Assembly (NCBI GenBank): GCA_002269645.1
Contig: NIVC01000080.1
Location: 186,001-250,000 of the forward strand
Length of the DNA stretch: 64,000 nucleotides
Direction of reading: 5' to 3'
From: Macrostomum lignano
Lineage: Eukaryota
The notes below the pieces were generated by a model. It was not told where the DNA came from, ran no database searches, and saw only the letters and a list, made by a program, of their open reading frames with translations. Below, in pieces: positions 23,083 through 35,280 of this stretch. How positions within the stretch are numbered: the stretch's first letter is position 1; each line of letters begins with the position of its first letter. The position numbers were made by a program, and so were the translations under genes.

Positions 23083-24321
23083 CCCTAGAAAGTTTGTTGA
23101 AACTGAGGTCTACAATTGCATCAACCAAAAGTTTAGCTCAAAAAACAAAAAACACAATTATTCAGCAAGTGTCCATGCACAAACAAAATATTATCAATCT
23201 TACTCGTCATTCATTGGCAAAGCCACAATTAAATTAAAAAAAAAACTTCAAAATGCTATCTGCATCTGCAAAACCAGTATTAACATCAGCTTCTCTACCA
23301 TGAAAGTTGGTCAATTTGCTCAAAACCTCAAATGTACTATTCCTGAGCCACTATGTACTTAGTACTTGTGACTGCTTAAGCACATTGTGCCATATGTTGT
23401 CCTATCCTTAATTCTCTGCCCTCATTTATGAGCCACAAGCCCATAACCCCTAGAATTCTTCAAACTCAAACTTCTCAGTCCTCCACTCCTCCTAAAGCCT
23501 CAAATCTTGACACAACATACTCAATTGTTACACTTCTAATCCCTTTGCCTTTCCTTAGAGCACAACTATCCCTAATTCCTTCCCTTTATTTATAAGCCAC
23601 AACATCAATAATTTACTCTTAACTTGTTCCAAATATTCATTCCACAGCAGAGAAATTATTTGGTTAATTGTCAACTTTCCAATTTGAACTGATTTGGTTG
23701 ATTAAATTCCAAGTATTCCAAATATTTGTCCCATCTCTAGTTTCAAGACAAAAAGGTTTTACTTTATAATTCAAATATGAGAAAGGTTTAGTTATATACT
23801 TGTAATCAAGCATTGATATTTATTAGAATAGCCATTGTGAGTACTCCTACTTCATGGAAAGTCTATGACCAATTTCCAACTATCAATCATATAGAAAGAC
23901 ATGATAAAAAACCCATTAACCTTTTGATTACCTATTTTAAAAAAGCAGCTTTGATAATTTTTATGGCAATATAGGTGCAAACAAGAAATTGGCAAGTCAT
24001 AACATCTATGGAAATAATTGTAGCAAGTGCAACTGCTTCTTAGATCCTATTCACTATTACTGCTTCTTAGCTACTATTTGGGCTCAAAGTTTCTTATAAG
24101 CAACTAGTCGGACGTAACAGCTTTCTAATTATTAAAAATGTGAAGTTAGGATTCAATTTTTAAAAAAAATACTTTAAACTTTTACAAAAATCTTTTTAGA
24201 AATAACATTGGGAAATTTTTGGTCTTTAATATAGAATTTAATATAATTAATATTTATCTGGTCTGATTTATGAAAATCGTCACTGCTAGGCACTTTTCAT
24301 AATATTCATGCTGCACTGACA

Positions 24322-27300
24322 ATGTCTTCGCCACCAATGCGTTCGCCATCAACATCGGCCCAAGGACAAGACATTTCAAACAATGACCCAGATGGTTCAG
24401 ATATAGCTGCCATTATGGGATTTGCAAGCTTCGGAAAGGCTGGAAAGCTACCAACACCATCTGCATCTAATGAAGCAAAGAAAAGCCAGGGCAAAGAGAA
24501 AGATAAAGAGTTACCAACCGACTACATGAAATTGTTTGAGGATTCATTGCGATTGGCTAGGTAATTACTTCATGATTTCAATTTGTTAAATGACAATGTA
24601 GCTGGTACCAAGAACTAGTTATACAGAAGGTTCGGCGAGAAACTTCCAAAGTGATATTATTGCCCTAGAGACGAGAATAATTTTAATACATCAATAGAAT
24701 ATAGAAGTACTCGTCTATGGAACCTGCTTAATTGCTTCATAAAAACCTTACAGATTAGCTCATATTTAGCCTAACTTTTTTGGGTATGGCATAAGCCATA
24801 ATATGAAATCATTTTTTATAGAATTAAGTGATTTCTAGCCGAATTCGAATGCGAAAAAATTGAAAAACAAAACTCTTTGTGGGTAAACAGTGGGAGTAAC
24901 CTTCACCACCTGTAACATACTTAAAGACTTCATCATCTAACTAATGCTACTAAATACCTGTTTAACGCATCTATTAGTTTGAAAAGTGCATCACTACAAT
25001 TAGTTTTTCCTAGTTTTGTCATTAGTCAAATAATCCAGGGTTTGATATATTCGATAAATTAGAAATCTCAGTAATCAGACATCCAGTTTCAACAGCTGAC
25101 TTTAAAGCAACTTGCTGCCAGACTAGAATGATATGCGATGAAAACCATTCCATCCTTGAATTTACACAGGGAGCGAAATCAGCAGCGACAGCAAGACGGA
25201 CCGGAAGATTCGGCTCGTTCTGCACTCATTGGCCCGAGTCTTCCTCCGCCGGTCAGTGCTGACGAAAATCTGAAAGTAGCAGAAGCAGATAAGAAGAAGT
25301 CAAAGAAAGACAAGAAGAAAAAGAAACACAAGAAGAAAAAGAAGCACAAGAAGAAAAAGAGCAAGGCGAATAGCGACAATGATGATGATGGGGCAGAGTG
25401 GGTTGGTCCAGCTATACCCGATTGCTTCAAGGCTGCTGGTTCAACTGGACCTGTTGCTGCCGCTGATAATGATGATGGTGATACTGAACAGGTGTGTAAT
25501 CATCACTGCTAATTGTTGTTTTAATATAGCAACTTATAAATCGAGTAATGGACTAAGAACTTAATATTAGCTAAATTTTCATAATGCTAATGTATACCCC
25601 AGTCACAGATGCCTAAAGACTGTTAATCAGCTTAAATTCTATTTTAGTGCATCAGATTTGTACTCGCACAGTGGCCTTTACTGGGTAAGGCAAGCAGCCT
25701 GCTAAGATTAAAATAAACTGGTTTTGTTCATTTCAGAGTCCTGGCGACGACAGGAAAGCTGGTGAAGATGATGCTGACACGGATGAAGGTGATGAAGCCA
25801 GCGATGCTGATGATCCCGGGCCGGATTCTCAGGCGCAGCAGCACAGATTCGTGCCCCGGGCTAGCCAGATTAACCTGGATCACCGCAGCGGTAAGCCGGT
25901 GGTAGCGCTAGGCCTGGACGCGTCCGGAGCTCGAGTAGTATCTGGCGGATCAGATTTCAGCGTGCGCTATTGGAATTTTGCCGGCATGGACTCGGCCTGC
26001 CGACCGTTCAAAGTGTTGGACCAGCCGTGCGGCTCGCACCAGATTCGCTATGTTGGCTTCAATGCTACTAGCGACTGCGTACTGGTGGCCTCTGGCTCTG
26101 CCCAGCTGCGACTGTACGGACGAGAGGGCAAGCTGATAGTCGAATCGGTGAAAGGCTATCAGTATATCAGCAATCCGCGCAGTACGCCAGGGCATACTCA
26201 CGCACTGCTCAATGCTGCCTGGCATCCCCGAGATGGCGCCGAGTTTGCCACCTGCGGCATGGATAATTCTCTGCGATTGTGGGACGCTAATAATACGGAA
26301 AAGATGCTGCAGGAGGTGAGTCTTTTGGTTGTTGAACTGAGTGGTTTATGGCCAATCAAAATGCAGAACAAAGCAATAAGCAAAACCTAATTTTAAGATT
26401 TGGCTCTAAACCTCTAATTCAGTGGCGGATCTAAAGTTTCATTTGGGGGGGGTGGTCCCAGTTTTGGGCGCCAACACGATTATAAGGGGCGCCAATTTTT
26501 AGGCTAAGGGGCGCTAAAAATGCGTGTAGGAGGCGACAAATCAAGCTTAGGGGCGCTAAAAATGCGTGTAGGGGGCGACAAATTAAGCTTAGGGGCGCTA
26601 AAAATGCGTGTAGGAGGCGACAAATCAAGCTTAGGGGCGCTAAAAGTGCGTGTAGGAGGCGAAAAGTCAAGCTTTAGGGGCGCAAAAAAGCATTTAAGAG
26701 CGAAAAATCAAGTTTAGGGGGCGCAAATTTAGGTTTTTGGGGGGCGCAAATTTAGGTTTTTTGGGGGGGGGGCGCAAATTTAGGTTTTTGGGGGGCGCAA
26801 ATTTAGGTTTTTGGGGGGCGCAAATTTAGGTTTTTGGGGGCGCAATATGTTCAGTCAAGCTGTTTTAGTTAAATCCGCCCCTGCTCTAGTTATTGTATTG
26901 CAACTGTACAGCCCCACCCTATATAAGATATTGCTGCTATAATTACAGACCCGCCTGAAGAGCAGCAAAGAAGTGATTGTACCCAAGAGTGCTCAGGGCC
27001 GCGCCGTGGTGCCCTCAGCCTGTGCCTACTCCCCAGACGGCAACCAAGTATTCGCTGGCTGCATTGACGGCTCAATCCAGGCCTGGGATCGGCGCAGGCG
27101 CTTTATTAACACCTGTCATTTGGTGCAGCGAGCACATGGGGCCGATACGGTTACCTGTTTGGCCTTCTCGTACGATGGACTCTGTCTGTTGAGCAGAAGT
27201 ATGGACGACACACTGAAACTGTGGGACATTCGGCAAATCAACAAGCCGCTATTTGTACGCCAAGATTTGAGCACTCAGTTTGAGCAGACGGCTTGCGGAT

Positions 27301-28789
27301 TTGCGCCCAACGATCGGCTGTTTTTCACGGCTACTTCGGGTAAGACGTCTTTGCATACTTAGCTAAACTTATTCCTTCATTACTACTGCTCACCATGCGA
27401 GGAAGTAGTGCAGTTCAGACGTAAAACAAGCCAGACAAATATTTATTTATCATGATGATTTTGCCAACAGGTCCTGGTTTTTCGTTTTCAGATTTGATTA
27501 TCTAAGATTTGTATGCTTATATTTATTGCAAAAATTCGGTTTGAAACTTAGCTAGAATGAAGATATTTTAGTTGGGTGAAAATGTGTTAATTAGCTCAAA
27601 CTTTCACATCGTCAGGACTAGTGACTAGTAGAATTTTCTATAATTTGAAACTGTAAGATTGTGACAGGGTCCCTAGCCAATTAAATGCTTTTAAGAAATG
27701 CATTGCTTAACCTTGCTGCATTTCTATTAATGTAACTCTTTTGTCTTACAGCACTGCAGGCTGTAGTTCTATTCATAGTGCAGATCAATGATGCTTAATG
27801 CATGGCTGGAGCGGCGCATTCTGAAATTCGATTAGCTGTTGGAGCATGAGAGCTGTGCAATTTCCCCGATATTGGTATCTTGATACTAAGTATTCGATTT
27901 GTGTGGATGCTGGGATGCTGAAATTTAGCAATTGGATCTTCATCTGCTCCAATGACGTCAATGACTGAGGATCTGGGAGGGTGGCGGTGGCGGTGAACCA
28001 ACGACTGAGGATCTGGGAGGGTGGTGGTGGCCCAGCAACTGAGGATCTGGGAGGGTGAACTAGCAACTGAGGATCTTGGAAGGTGATCCATAACTGAGGA
28101 TCTGGGAGGGTGACCTAGCAACTTGAGTTTTGGGAGGGTGACGTAGCAACTGAGTATCTGGGAGGGTGGCGGTGATCCAGCAACTGAGGGTCTGGGAGGG
28201 TGACCTAACAACTAAGGATCTTTGAGGGTGGTCCAACAACTGAGGATCTGGAAGGGTGGTAGAGGATATTTATCATGTTTGGCATTACTAGTATTTACTC
28301 ATATATCTAAGCAGGGCAAAAGTTCTAGTTAAGTATCTTTTCGTTATCCAATAGAATCTCAGTTTCCATGGCAACCAAGAACTCCAACGCCACTACGATA
28401 TTTAGGTTCGCCAAGGCAAGCGAAAATCGAAATTCTACGAGCTGGAGTCTGCCAACAGCCTGGCCAAAGGTCAGCGCAAGCTCCACCAGGCCGAGGCGCC
28501 TCTCAGCGGCCCAGGCTACGGCGGCAAACTGGGCCAGAAGGGCGGCACCCTGCACCAGTACATGCTGCAGCAGATGGTGCGCAAGCGCGGAGACGACCCC
28601 GCTGATAAGGATATCCGAGGCGCCATTCTGCGGCACAATGAGGAGGCTCAGCGCAATCCCATGTGGACAGGGGTGTACGCCAAGACCCAGCCTGTGCCAG
28701 TGTTTCAGGACACTCCGGATGAGGCCAGCGAGGACAATCAGGGCGGCGCTTCCGGTTCCGATGAGGCCAAGAAGCCTCGGCTTGCGTAA
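24322..28789 (+). CDS. WDR70: WD repeat protein 70 (gad-1)-like gene. Exons about 24322-24560, 25170-25491, 25737-26315, 26949-27339 and 28406-28789; an intervening exon was not found
   Basis: Motifs MGFASFGK, LIGPSLPPP, LGLDASGARVVSGGSDFSVRYWNFAGMD, GHT...WHP...FATC, SRSMDDTLKLWDIR and GGTL...AILRH...YAKTQP match the recalled WDR70 family. GT-AG junctions are phase-consistent except between the last two exons. Confidence 0.85.
26420..26883. mobile_element. hAT-type MITE in a WDR70 intron, with internal 53-bp and about 27-bp tandem repeats
   Basis: Termini CAGTGGCGGAT...ATCCGCCCCTG. TSD CTCTAATT/CTCTAGTT (7/8). Confidence 0.85.
27960..28260. repeat. Degenerate minisatellite of about 30 bp (actgaggatctgggagggtg...)
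   Basis: About 10 variable units seen directly. Confidence 0.85.
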
Positions 28790-29419
28790 TTTTGAGCACC
28801 TGTTTTCCCTACCTGAGGATTTCTGATCAAAATCGTGATGCTGTGGGTAAAGAGTGGGAGTTACCTTTATAGCATACGTAAACGCCTCAATGCCTGAACT
28901 ACGAAAATTGAAGCAAATCAAGAATCTAGTTACAGGAATTCAGTTAAAGGCCACTATGTCTAAGACCTCGTTAGGGTTTATTATTTTAAATGCTTTCTTT
29001 GAGTAGAACGTTTGAATGTGTAAGCCGAAAATTAATACTTTATTATGAACATTTGTAATATATGTGTCTTGTAAATAGTACTGTGTATTGCTTGCTTAAC
29101 TTAAAAGTGCATTTTTACTCGCTAATCTTATTGGTCTTTGTTCTCGTTACATTTTCAGTTCCATTGTAAATTGGCTGTTTAAAATTTTGCAAATTCAGTA
29201 AAATATACCGTTAAAATAATAAATACTAGAGCATTCTGATTATTGTTGTGCTTTAAAATTTATTTTTTTGTCTGCTCATCTGTGTAGGATTGGAAACTAA
29301 TAATAATTTGCTGCATAATAAGTTTCAACCTCAAGGTGCGTACCCATTACCAGTCTAAGATCTCCAGCCTCAATTTTGCATTTTGATTGGCATTTTGAGT
29401 GACAGTCACGTGACAAATA

Positions 29420-29563
29420 GTGGCAGTCAAATCACCTTCAGTGAAATAGTGGCAGTCAAATGGCCTTCAGTGAAATAGTGGCAGTCAAATGGCCTTTAGT
29501 CTAATAGTGGCAGTCAAATGGCCTTCAGTGAAACAGTGGCAGTCAAATAATGGCTTTCAGTGA
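29420..29563. repeat. 29-bp satellite (agtggcagtcaaatggccttcagtgaaac), left part
   Basis: Same unit as 46164-47243; the array is split by the Helentron-like insertion. Confidence 0.9.
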
Positions 29564-29649
29564 ACTAGTGAATGAAGACGCTGTCGTCTTCAAAGGTGGG
29601 ACGATGGTTTATATATTGTGTTTTTATCCTTTTATGGCTATGACATATG

Positions 29650-31975
29650 CCCCTGGCATTAGTTAGTCTAGTGGTCTAGTGGGGGGCTGGCCGCCCCCAC
29701 GCCCCTGGCATTAGTTAGTCTAGTGGTATAGTGGGGGGCTGGCCGCCCCCCACGCCCCTGGCATTAGTTAGTCTAGTGGTATAGTGGGGGCTCGCCGCCC
29801 CCACGCCCCTGGCATTAGTTAGTCTAGTGGTATAGTGGGGGCTGGCCGCCCCCACGCCCCTGGCATTAGTTAGTCTAGTGGTATAGTGGGGGGCTGGCCG
29901 CCCCCACGCCCCTGGCATTAGTTAGTCTAGTGGTATAGTGGGGGGCTGGCCGCCCCCCACGCCCCTGGCATTAGTTAGTCTAGTGGTATAGTGGGGGCTG
30001 GCCGCCCCCACGCCCCTGGCATTAGTTAGTCTAGTGGTATAGTGGGGGCTGGCCGCCCCCACGCTCCTGGCATTAGTTAGTCTAGTGGTATAGTGGGGGC
30101 TAGCCGCCCCCACGCCCCTGGCATTAGTTAGTCTAGTGGTATAGTGGGGGGCTGGCCGCCCCCCACGCCCCTGGCATTAGTTAGTCTAGTGGTATAGTGG
30201 GGGGCTGGCCGCCCCCACGCCCCTGGCATTAGTTAGTCTAGTGGTATAGTGGGGGCTAGCCGCCCCCACGCCCCTGGCATTAGTTCTTCTAGTGGTACGC
30301 TCGTATAGTGGGGGGGGCTTGCCGCCCCCCACGCCCCTGGCATTAGTTAGTCTAGTGGTATAGTGGGGGGCTGGCCGCCCCCACGCCCCTGGCATTAGTT
30401 AGTCTAGTGGTGTAGTGGGGGCTGGCCGCCCCCACGCCCCTGGCATTAGTTAGTCTAGTGGTATAGTGGGGGGCTGGCCGCCCCCCACGCCCCTGGCATT
30501 AGTTAGTCTAGTGGTATAGTGGGGGGCTGGCCGCCCCCCACGCCCCTGGCATTAGTTAGTCTAGTGGTATAGTGGGGGGCTGGCCGCCCCCACGCCCCTG
30601 GCATTAGTTAGTCTAGTGGTATAGTGGGGGGCTGGCCGCCCCCCACGCCCCTGGCATTAGTTAGTCTAGTGGTATAGTGGGGGCTGGCCGCCCCCCACGC
30701 CCCTGGCATTAGTTAGTCTAGTGGTATAGTGGGGGGCTGGCCGCCCCCACGCTCCTGGCATTAGTTAGTCTAGTGGTATAGTGGGGGGCTGGCCGCCCCC
30801 CGCCCCTGGCATTAGTTAGTCTAGTGGTATAGTAGGGGGCTGGCCGCCCCCACGCCCCTGGCATTAGTTAGTCTAGTGGTATAGTGGGGGCTGGCCGCCC
30901 CCCACGCCCCTGGCATTAGTTAGTCTAGTGGTATAGTGGGGGGCTAGCCGCCCCCCACGCCCCTGGCATTAGTTCTTCTAGTGGTACGCTCGTATAGTGG
31001 GGGGGGGCTTGCCGCCCCCACGCCCCTGGCATTAGTTAGTCTAGTGGTATAGTGGGGGCTGGCCGCCCCCACGCCCCTGGCATTAGTTAGTCTAGTGGTG
31101 TAGTGGGGGGCTGGCCGCCCCCCACGCCCCTGGCATTAGTTAGTCTAGTGGTATAGTGGGGGCTGGCCGCCCCCACGCCCCTGGCATTAGTTAGTCTAGT
31201 GGTATAGTGGGGGCTGGCCGCCCCCCACGCCCCTGGCATTAGTTAGTCTAGTGGTACGCTCGTATAGTGGGGGCTTGCCGCCCCCCACGCCCCTGGCATT
31301 AGTTAGTCTAGTGGTATAGTGGGGGGCTGGCCGCCCCCACGCCCCTGGCATTAGTTAGTCTAGTGGTATAGTGGGGGGCTGGCCGCCCCCCACACCCCTG
31401 GCATTAGTTAGTCTAGTGGTATAGTGGGGGCTAGCCGCCCCCCACGCCCCTGGCATTAGTTCTTCTAGTGGTACGCTCGTATAGTGGGGGGCTTGCCGCC
31501 CCCACGCCCCTGGCATTAGTTAGTCTAGTGGTATAGTGGGGGCTGGCCGCCCCCCACGCCCCTGGCATTAGTTAGTCTAGTGGTATAGTGGGGGGCTGGC
31601 CGCCCCCCACGCCCCTGGCATTAGTTAGTCTAGTGGTATAGTGGGGGCTGGCCGCCCCCCACGCCCCTGGCATTAGTTAGTCTAGTGGTATAGTGGGGGG
31701 CTGGCCGCCCCCCACGCCCCTGGCATTAGTTAGTCTTGTGGTATAGTAGGGGGCTAGCCGCCCCCCACGCCCCTGGCATTAGTTTTTCTAGTGGTATAGT
31801 GGGGGGCTGGCCGCCCCCCACGCCCCTGGCATTAGTTAGTCTAGTGGTATAGTGGTATAGTGGGGGCTAGCCGCCCCCCACGCCCCTGGCATTAGTTAGT
31901 CTAGTGGTATAGTGGGGGGCTGGCCGCCCCCCACGCCCCTGGCATTAGTTTTTCTAGTGGTATAGTGGGGGGCTG
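29650..31975. repeat. 51-53-bp minisatellite, about 44 copies, inside unit 1
   Basis: Unit gcccctggcattagttagtctagtggtatagtggggggctggccgccccccac. Confidence 0.95.
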
Positions 31976-34769
31976 GCCGCCCCCACACCCCCGCTCCCCC
32001 ACCCCTCCCGCGCGTTGTTGTTGGGGAGGGTGGTTGTTGTTGTGGGGTTTGCGTAACGTGGGGGCTGCCGCCCCCACACCCCCGCTCCCCCACCCCACCC
32101 CTCCGCAACTCTTCTCACCTCTAACACATCTTTTTAGCATGCTAAAACTGCTTGTAAGCCTTTGGCGACCGCGCAACACATGATACTTGCCGATATGTAT
32201 CGTAATATTTTTTCTGCACTAACAAATCATCTGTGCCGCACTTTCAGCTTCACTCTTACTCTTTAATAAGGTATAGAAGGAAATGAAAATTAAACAATCA
32301 ATATTAAATTATATTCAAGTGAAAGAGAATTGAAAATACTAATAAATCCGTTCCTGCTAAAAAAATTAAATTTAAAAAAAAAACTTGGCCCACTTGGGAT
32401 TCGAACCCGTGTTTAGGCCATTTACAAAGCAACTGCCTTCGGCCCCGATCCATCTCTTGCTTAAGCGAAGCTCTACAGTGCACGCCCTTTATATCGAATA
32501 TTCCCTATGGTAGCCACTTTTACAATTTTTGCTGCTTTTTCATACATTTCTGCTCGCTGCATCGCAGCGCCTTCATCTAAAAATGCGAGTTGCATGTCGT
32601 TACAGAGATAACATCAAGGCGCATTCATCTAATGCATTTTTAAAGTATGTCAACAAATTTTACGCCTCCTAGGCGCCAAATTGTGCATTTTCACCTGTTC
32701 TGACAGGTATTCAAACAGGTATTAAGACCTATTAACTTAAGAATCAGTTTTCAAAACTAATTTAGTTGCACAGTGCATCCATAGTGCTGTTTTTAGACAC
32801 CAAAATTGAGTCTCTAGGCCTTGCCAATGCAGAGTTATTAGTAAAAGTATGCTCAAAATTTGCCCAAAAATAGCCTTCTAAAAATTCGGAGCCAATTTTC
32901 TCAAAAATACGAATTTTCCAGCCATATTGGCGTATGACCGGTGTAACTTTAGCTATTCGACTAAACAATATTGAAAATGCAGAAAAATCGGTGCGCAAAA
33001 ATTCTTATTTTTCGACTTCAAAGTTTGTACCCCCGAATGGGCCGTTTTTCACTTAACAGGTAAAAAGTACCTGTTAACAGAGGTTTTTTCAGGAGTGTTT
33101 TATGTCATTCAAAAGGGCATCCGATAGGCTACAATTTGACGCCATACTCGAAAAACTTTGCCCCATTTTAAAAAAATTTCCTTAACAACGTCTGATTTTC
33201 TGCAGTGCCCCCCGGCCTCTTTTTTCCCTGGTTTCCGGGTCACTGCTCAGCACAGGTAGGTCCAAATGCTTAGAAAATTTAGGAAAACAAATTTCCATAT
33301 GTTTGACACGTCGTGTTAAAGTCTCAACACTGTAGCATAAAACACTTTTTCAAGTTTGAGGACTACTTTTTTAAAACGTGACCCAATTTTTCGAAAATGT
33401 CGTTTTTAGGCACTCTTTGGCACCTGGGCAGGTTATTGATGGCCCAATCGGCCAAATCTCGATGTTTCCGATTAAAAGACATCCATTTGAGTTATTTGGT
33501 ATACAAAACAGCAAAAATAAAGTTTTCCATCTCGACGCCATAGGCCTCACAAAAGTGCACTAAAAATTTGTACTTTTAAACAGCAGATAGGCAGCCATGT
33601 GAAAAGTACATTTTAGCCCTAAAAACTATAGCGCATCAAACAGCCCCAGGTGTTATTGACGCTATGAGGCAGCTCAAAGGCCGCGCTATCGCGCGTCCTT
33701 TTCGCTGCGGTGAGGCAAAGTTGAAAAAAATGCCGATTTTTCGACCTCAGAAAACACGTTTTTTGCACTTTTACCCTAAAAGTTAAAGTACAATCAAAAA
33801 ATCCATTTCGGATCATTGTAGCGTTTGAATGCCCGCGTTTACTGAGCCCACTCGCTAAGCGCTGCCATATTCTCAATCCTTATTTTTTGAGATCAAAGTT
33901 TTTGACAAAGTCGAAAAAACGCAGTTTTTGGTTGCCATGGCAACCAAAACGCGTTGCCATAGCAACGAACTATTGTGCATCCGATAGCGCTAGGTCTTTG
34001 ACACATTTTGGCAAAAACTGTTTGTAAATCGGTTGTACCGTTTTTTATTGGCAGCGTTTAAAAGTTGAAAAACGTCATTTTTAGTGTGTGCAACCACGTT
34101 ACATCTTATCAGGGACGATTTCGCAAAAGTAAGCAGTATAGAAAAAAATTCTCGCTTCGCTCGCATTTTTTTCTATACTACTTACTGGCTCATCGTCCCA
34201 CAACTAGTGAATGAAGACGCTGTCGTCTTCAAAGGTGGGACGATGGTTTATATATTGTTTGTAACTTTTATGGCCTAATTTTAAATTTAAAAAAAACTAA
34301 GAAGCTTAGTTGATTATAATTTAATTTAAACAAATTTTAAGCATAACTGTTTAAAAAATTAATAAAAATACTTATGATGGTTTATTATGTCCATTATTGT
34401 TTATGGCTTAATATAAATTTAAAAAAAAACTAAGAAGCTTAGTTGATTATAATTTAATTTAAACAAAGTTTAAGCATAACTATTTAAAAAAATTAATAAA
34501 AACACTTATGATGGTTTATTATGTCCATTATTGTTTATGGCTATGACCTATTTATTTAACCCAAATTAAGAACTAATTAAAACGCTATATCGTGTTTTTA
34601 TATTTTACGGCTATGACGTATGAAGAACTAAATAGCTTAATGGGCTACATTTTCAATTTGATTTAAACAAAGTTTATACATAACTGTGGAAATATAATAA
34701 TAAAAAATATTTTATTAGATTACAAGAATATCCACTCTGCTGTTGTGTAGAAAGGGTTGTTAAGGCGGT

Positions 34770-35280
34770 TGTTGTTGTTTGTTGGTTGTAAAAGGGGTTG
34801 TTGTTGTTGGGGTTTTTGTTGTTGTTGGGGTTGTTGTTGTTGTTGTTGGGGGGTGGTTGTTGTTGGGGGGTTTGCGTAACGTGGGGGCTGCCGCCCCCAC
34901 ACCCCGCTCCCCCACCCCTCCCGCGCGTTGTTGTTGGGGAGGGTGGTTGTTGTTGTGGGGTTTGCGTAACGTGGGGGCTGCCGCCCCCACACCCCCGCTC
35001 CCCCACCCCTCCCGCGCGTTGTTGTTGGGGAGGGTGGTTGTTGTTGTGGGGTTTGCGTAACGTGGGGGCTGCCGCCCCCACACCCCCGCTCCCCCACCCC
35101 TCCCGCGCGTTGTTGTTGGGGAGGGTGGTTGTTGTTGTGGGGTTTGCGTATCGTGGGGGCTGCCGCCCCCACACCCCCGCTCCCCCACCCCTCCCGCGCG
35201 TTGTTGTTGGGAGGGTGGTTGTTGTTGGGGGTTTGCGTATTGTGGGGGCTGCCGCCCCCACACCCCCGCTCCCCCACCTA
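34770..35280. repeat. (GTT)n plus GC-rich tandem repeat of about 87 bp; also at 38830-39435 and 42835-43170 with different copy numbers
   Basis: Unit ttgttgtggggtttgcgtaacgtgggggctgccgcccccacacccccgctcccccacccctcccgcgcg... Confidence 0.9.

Noticed and set aside
28368-28826. 152-aa ORF MATKNS... as the last WDR70 exon
   Set aside because: Wrong frame. The WDR70-like C-terminus is in the frame of 28406-28789.
32380-32450. Functional tRNA gene
   Set aside because: A- and B-box-like motifs are present, but the acceptor, anticodon and T stems do not pair properly. Kept only as a tRNA-like finding.
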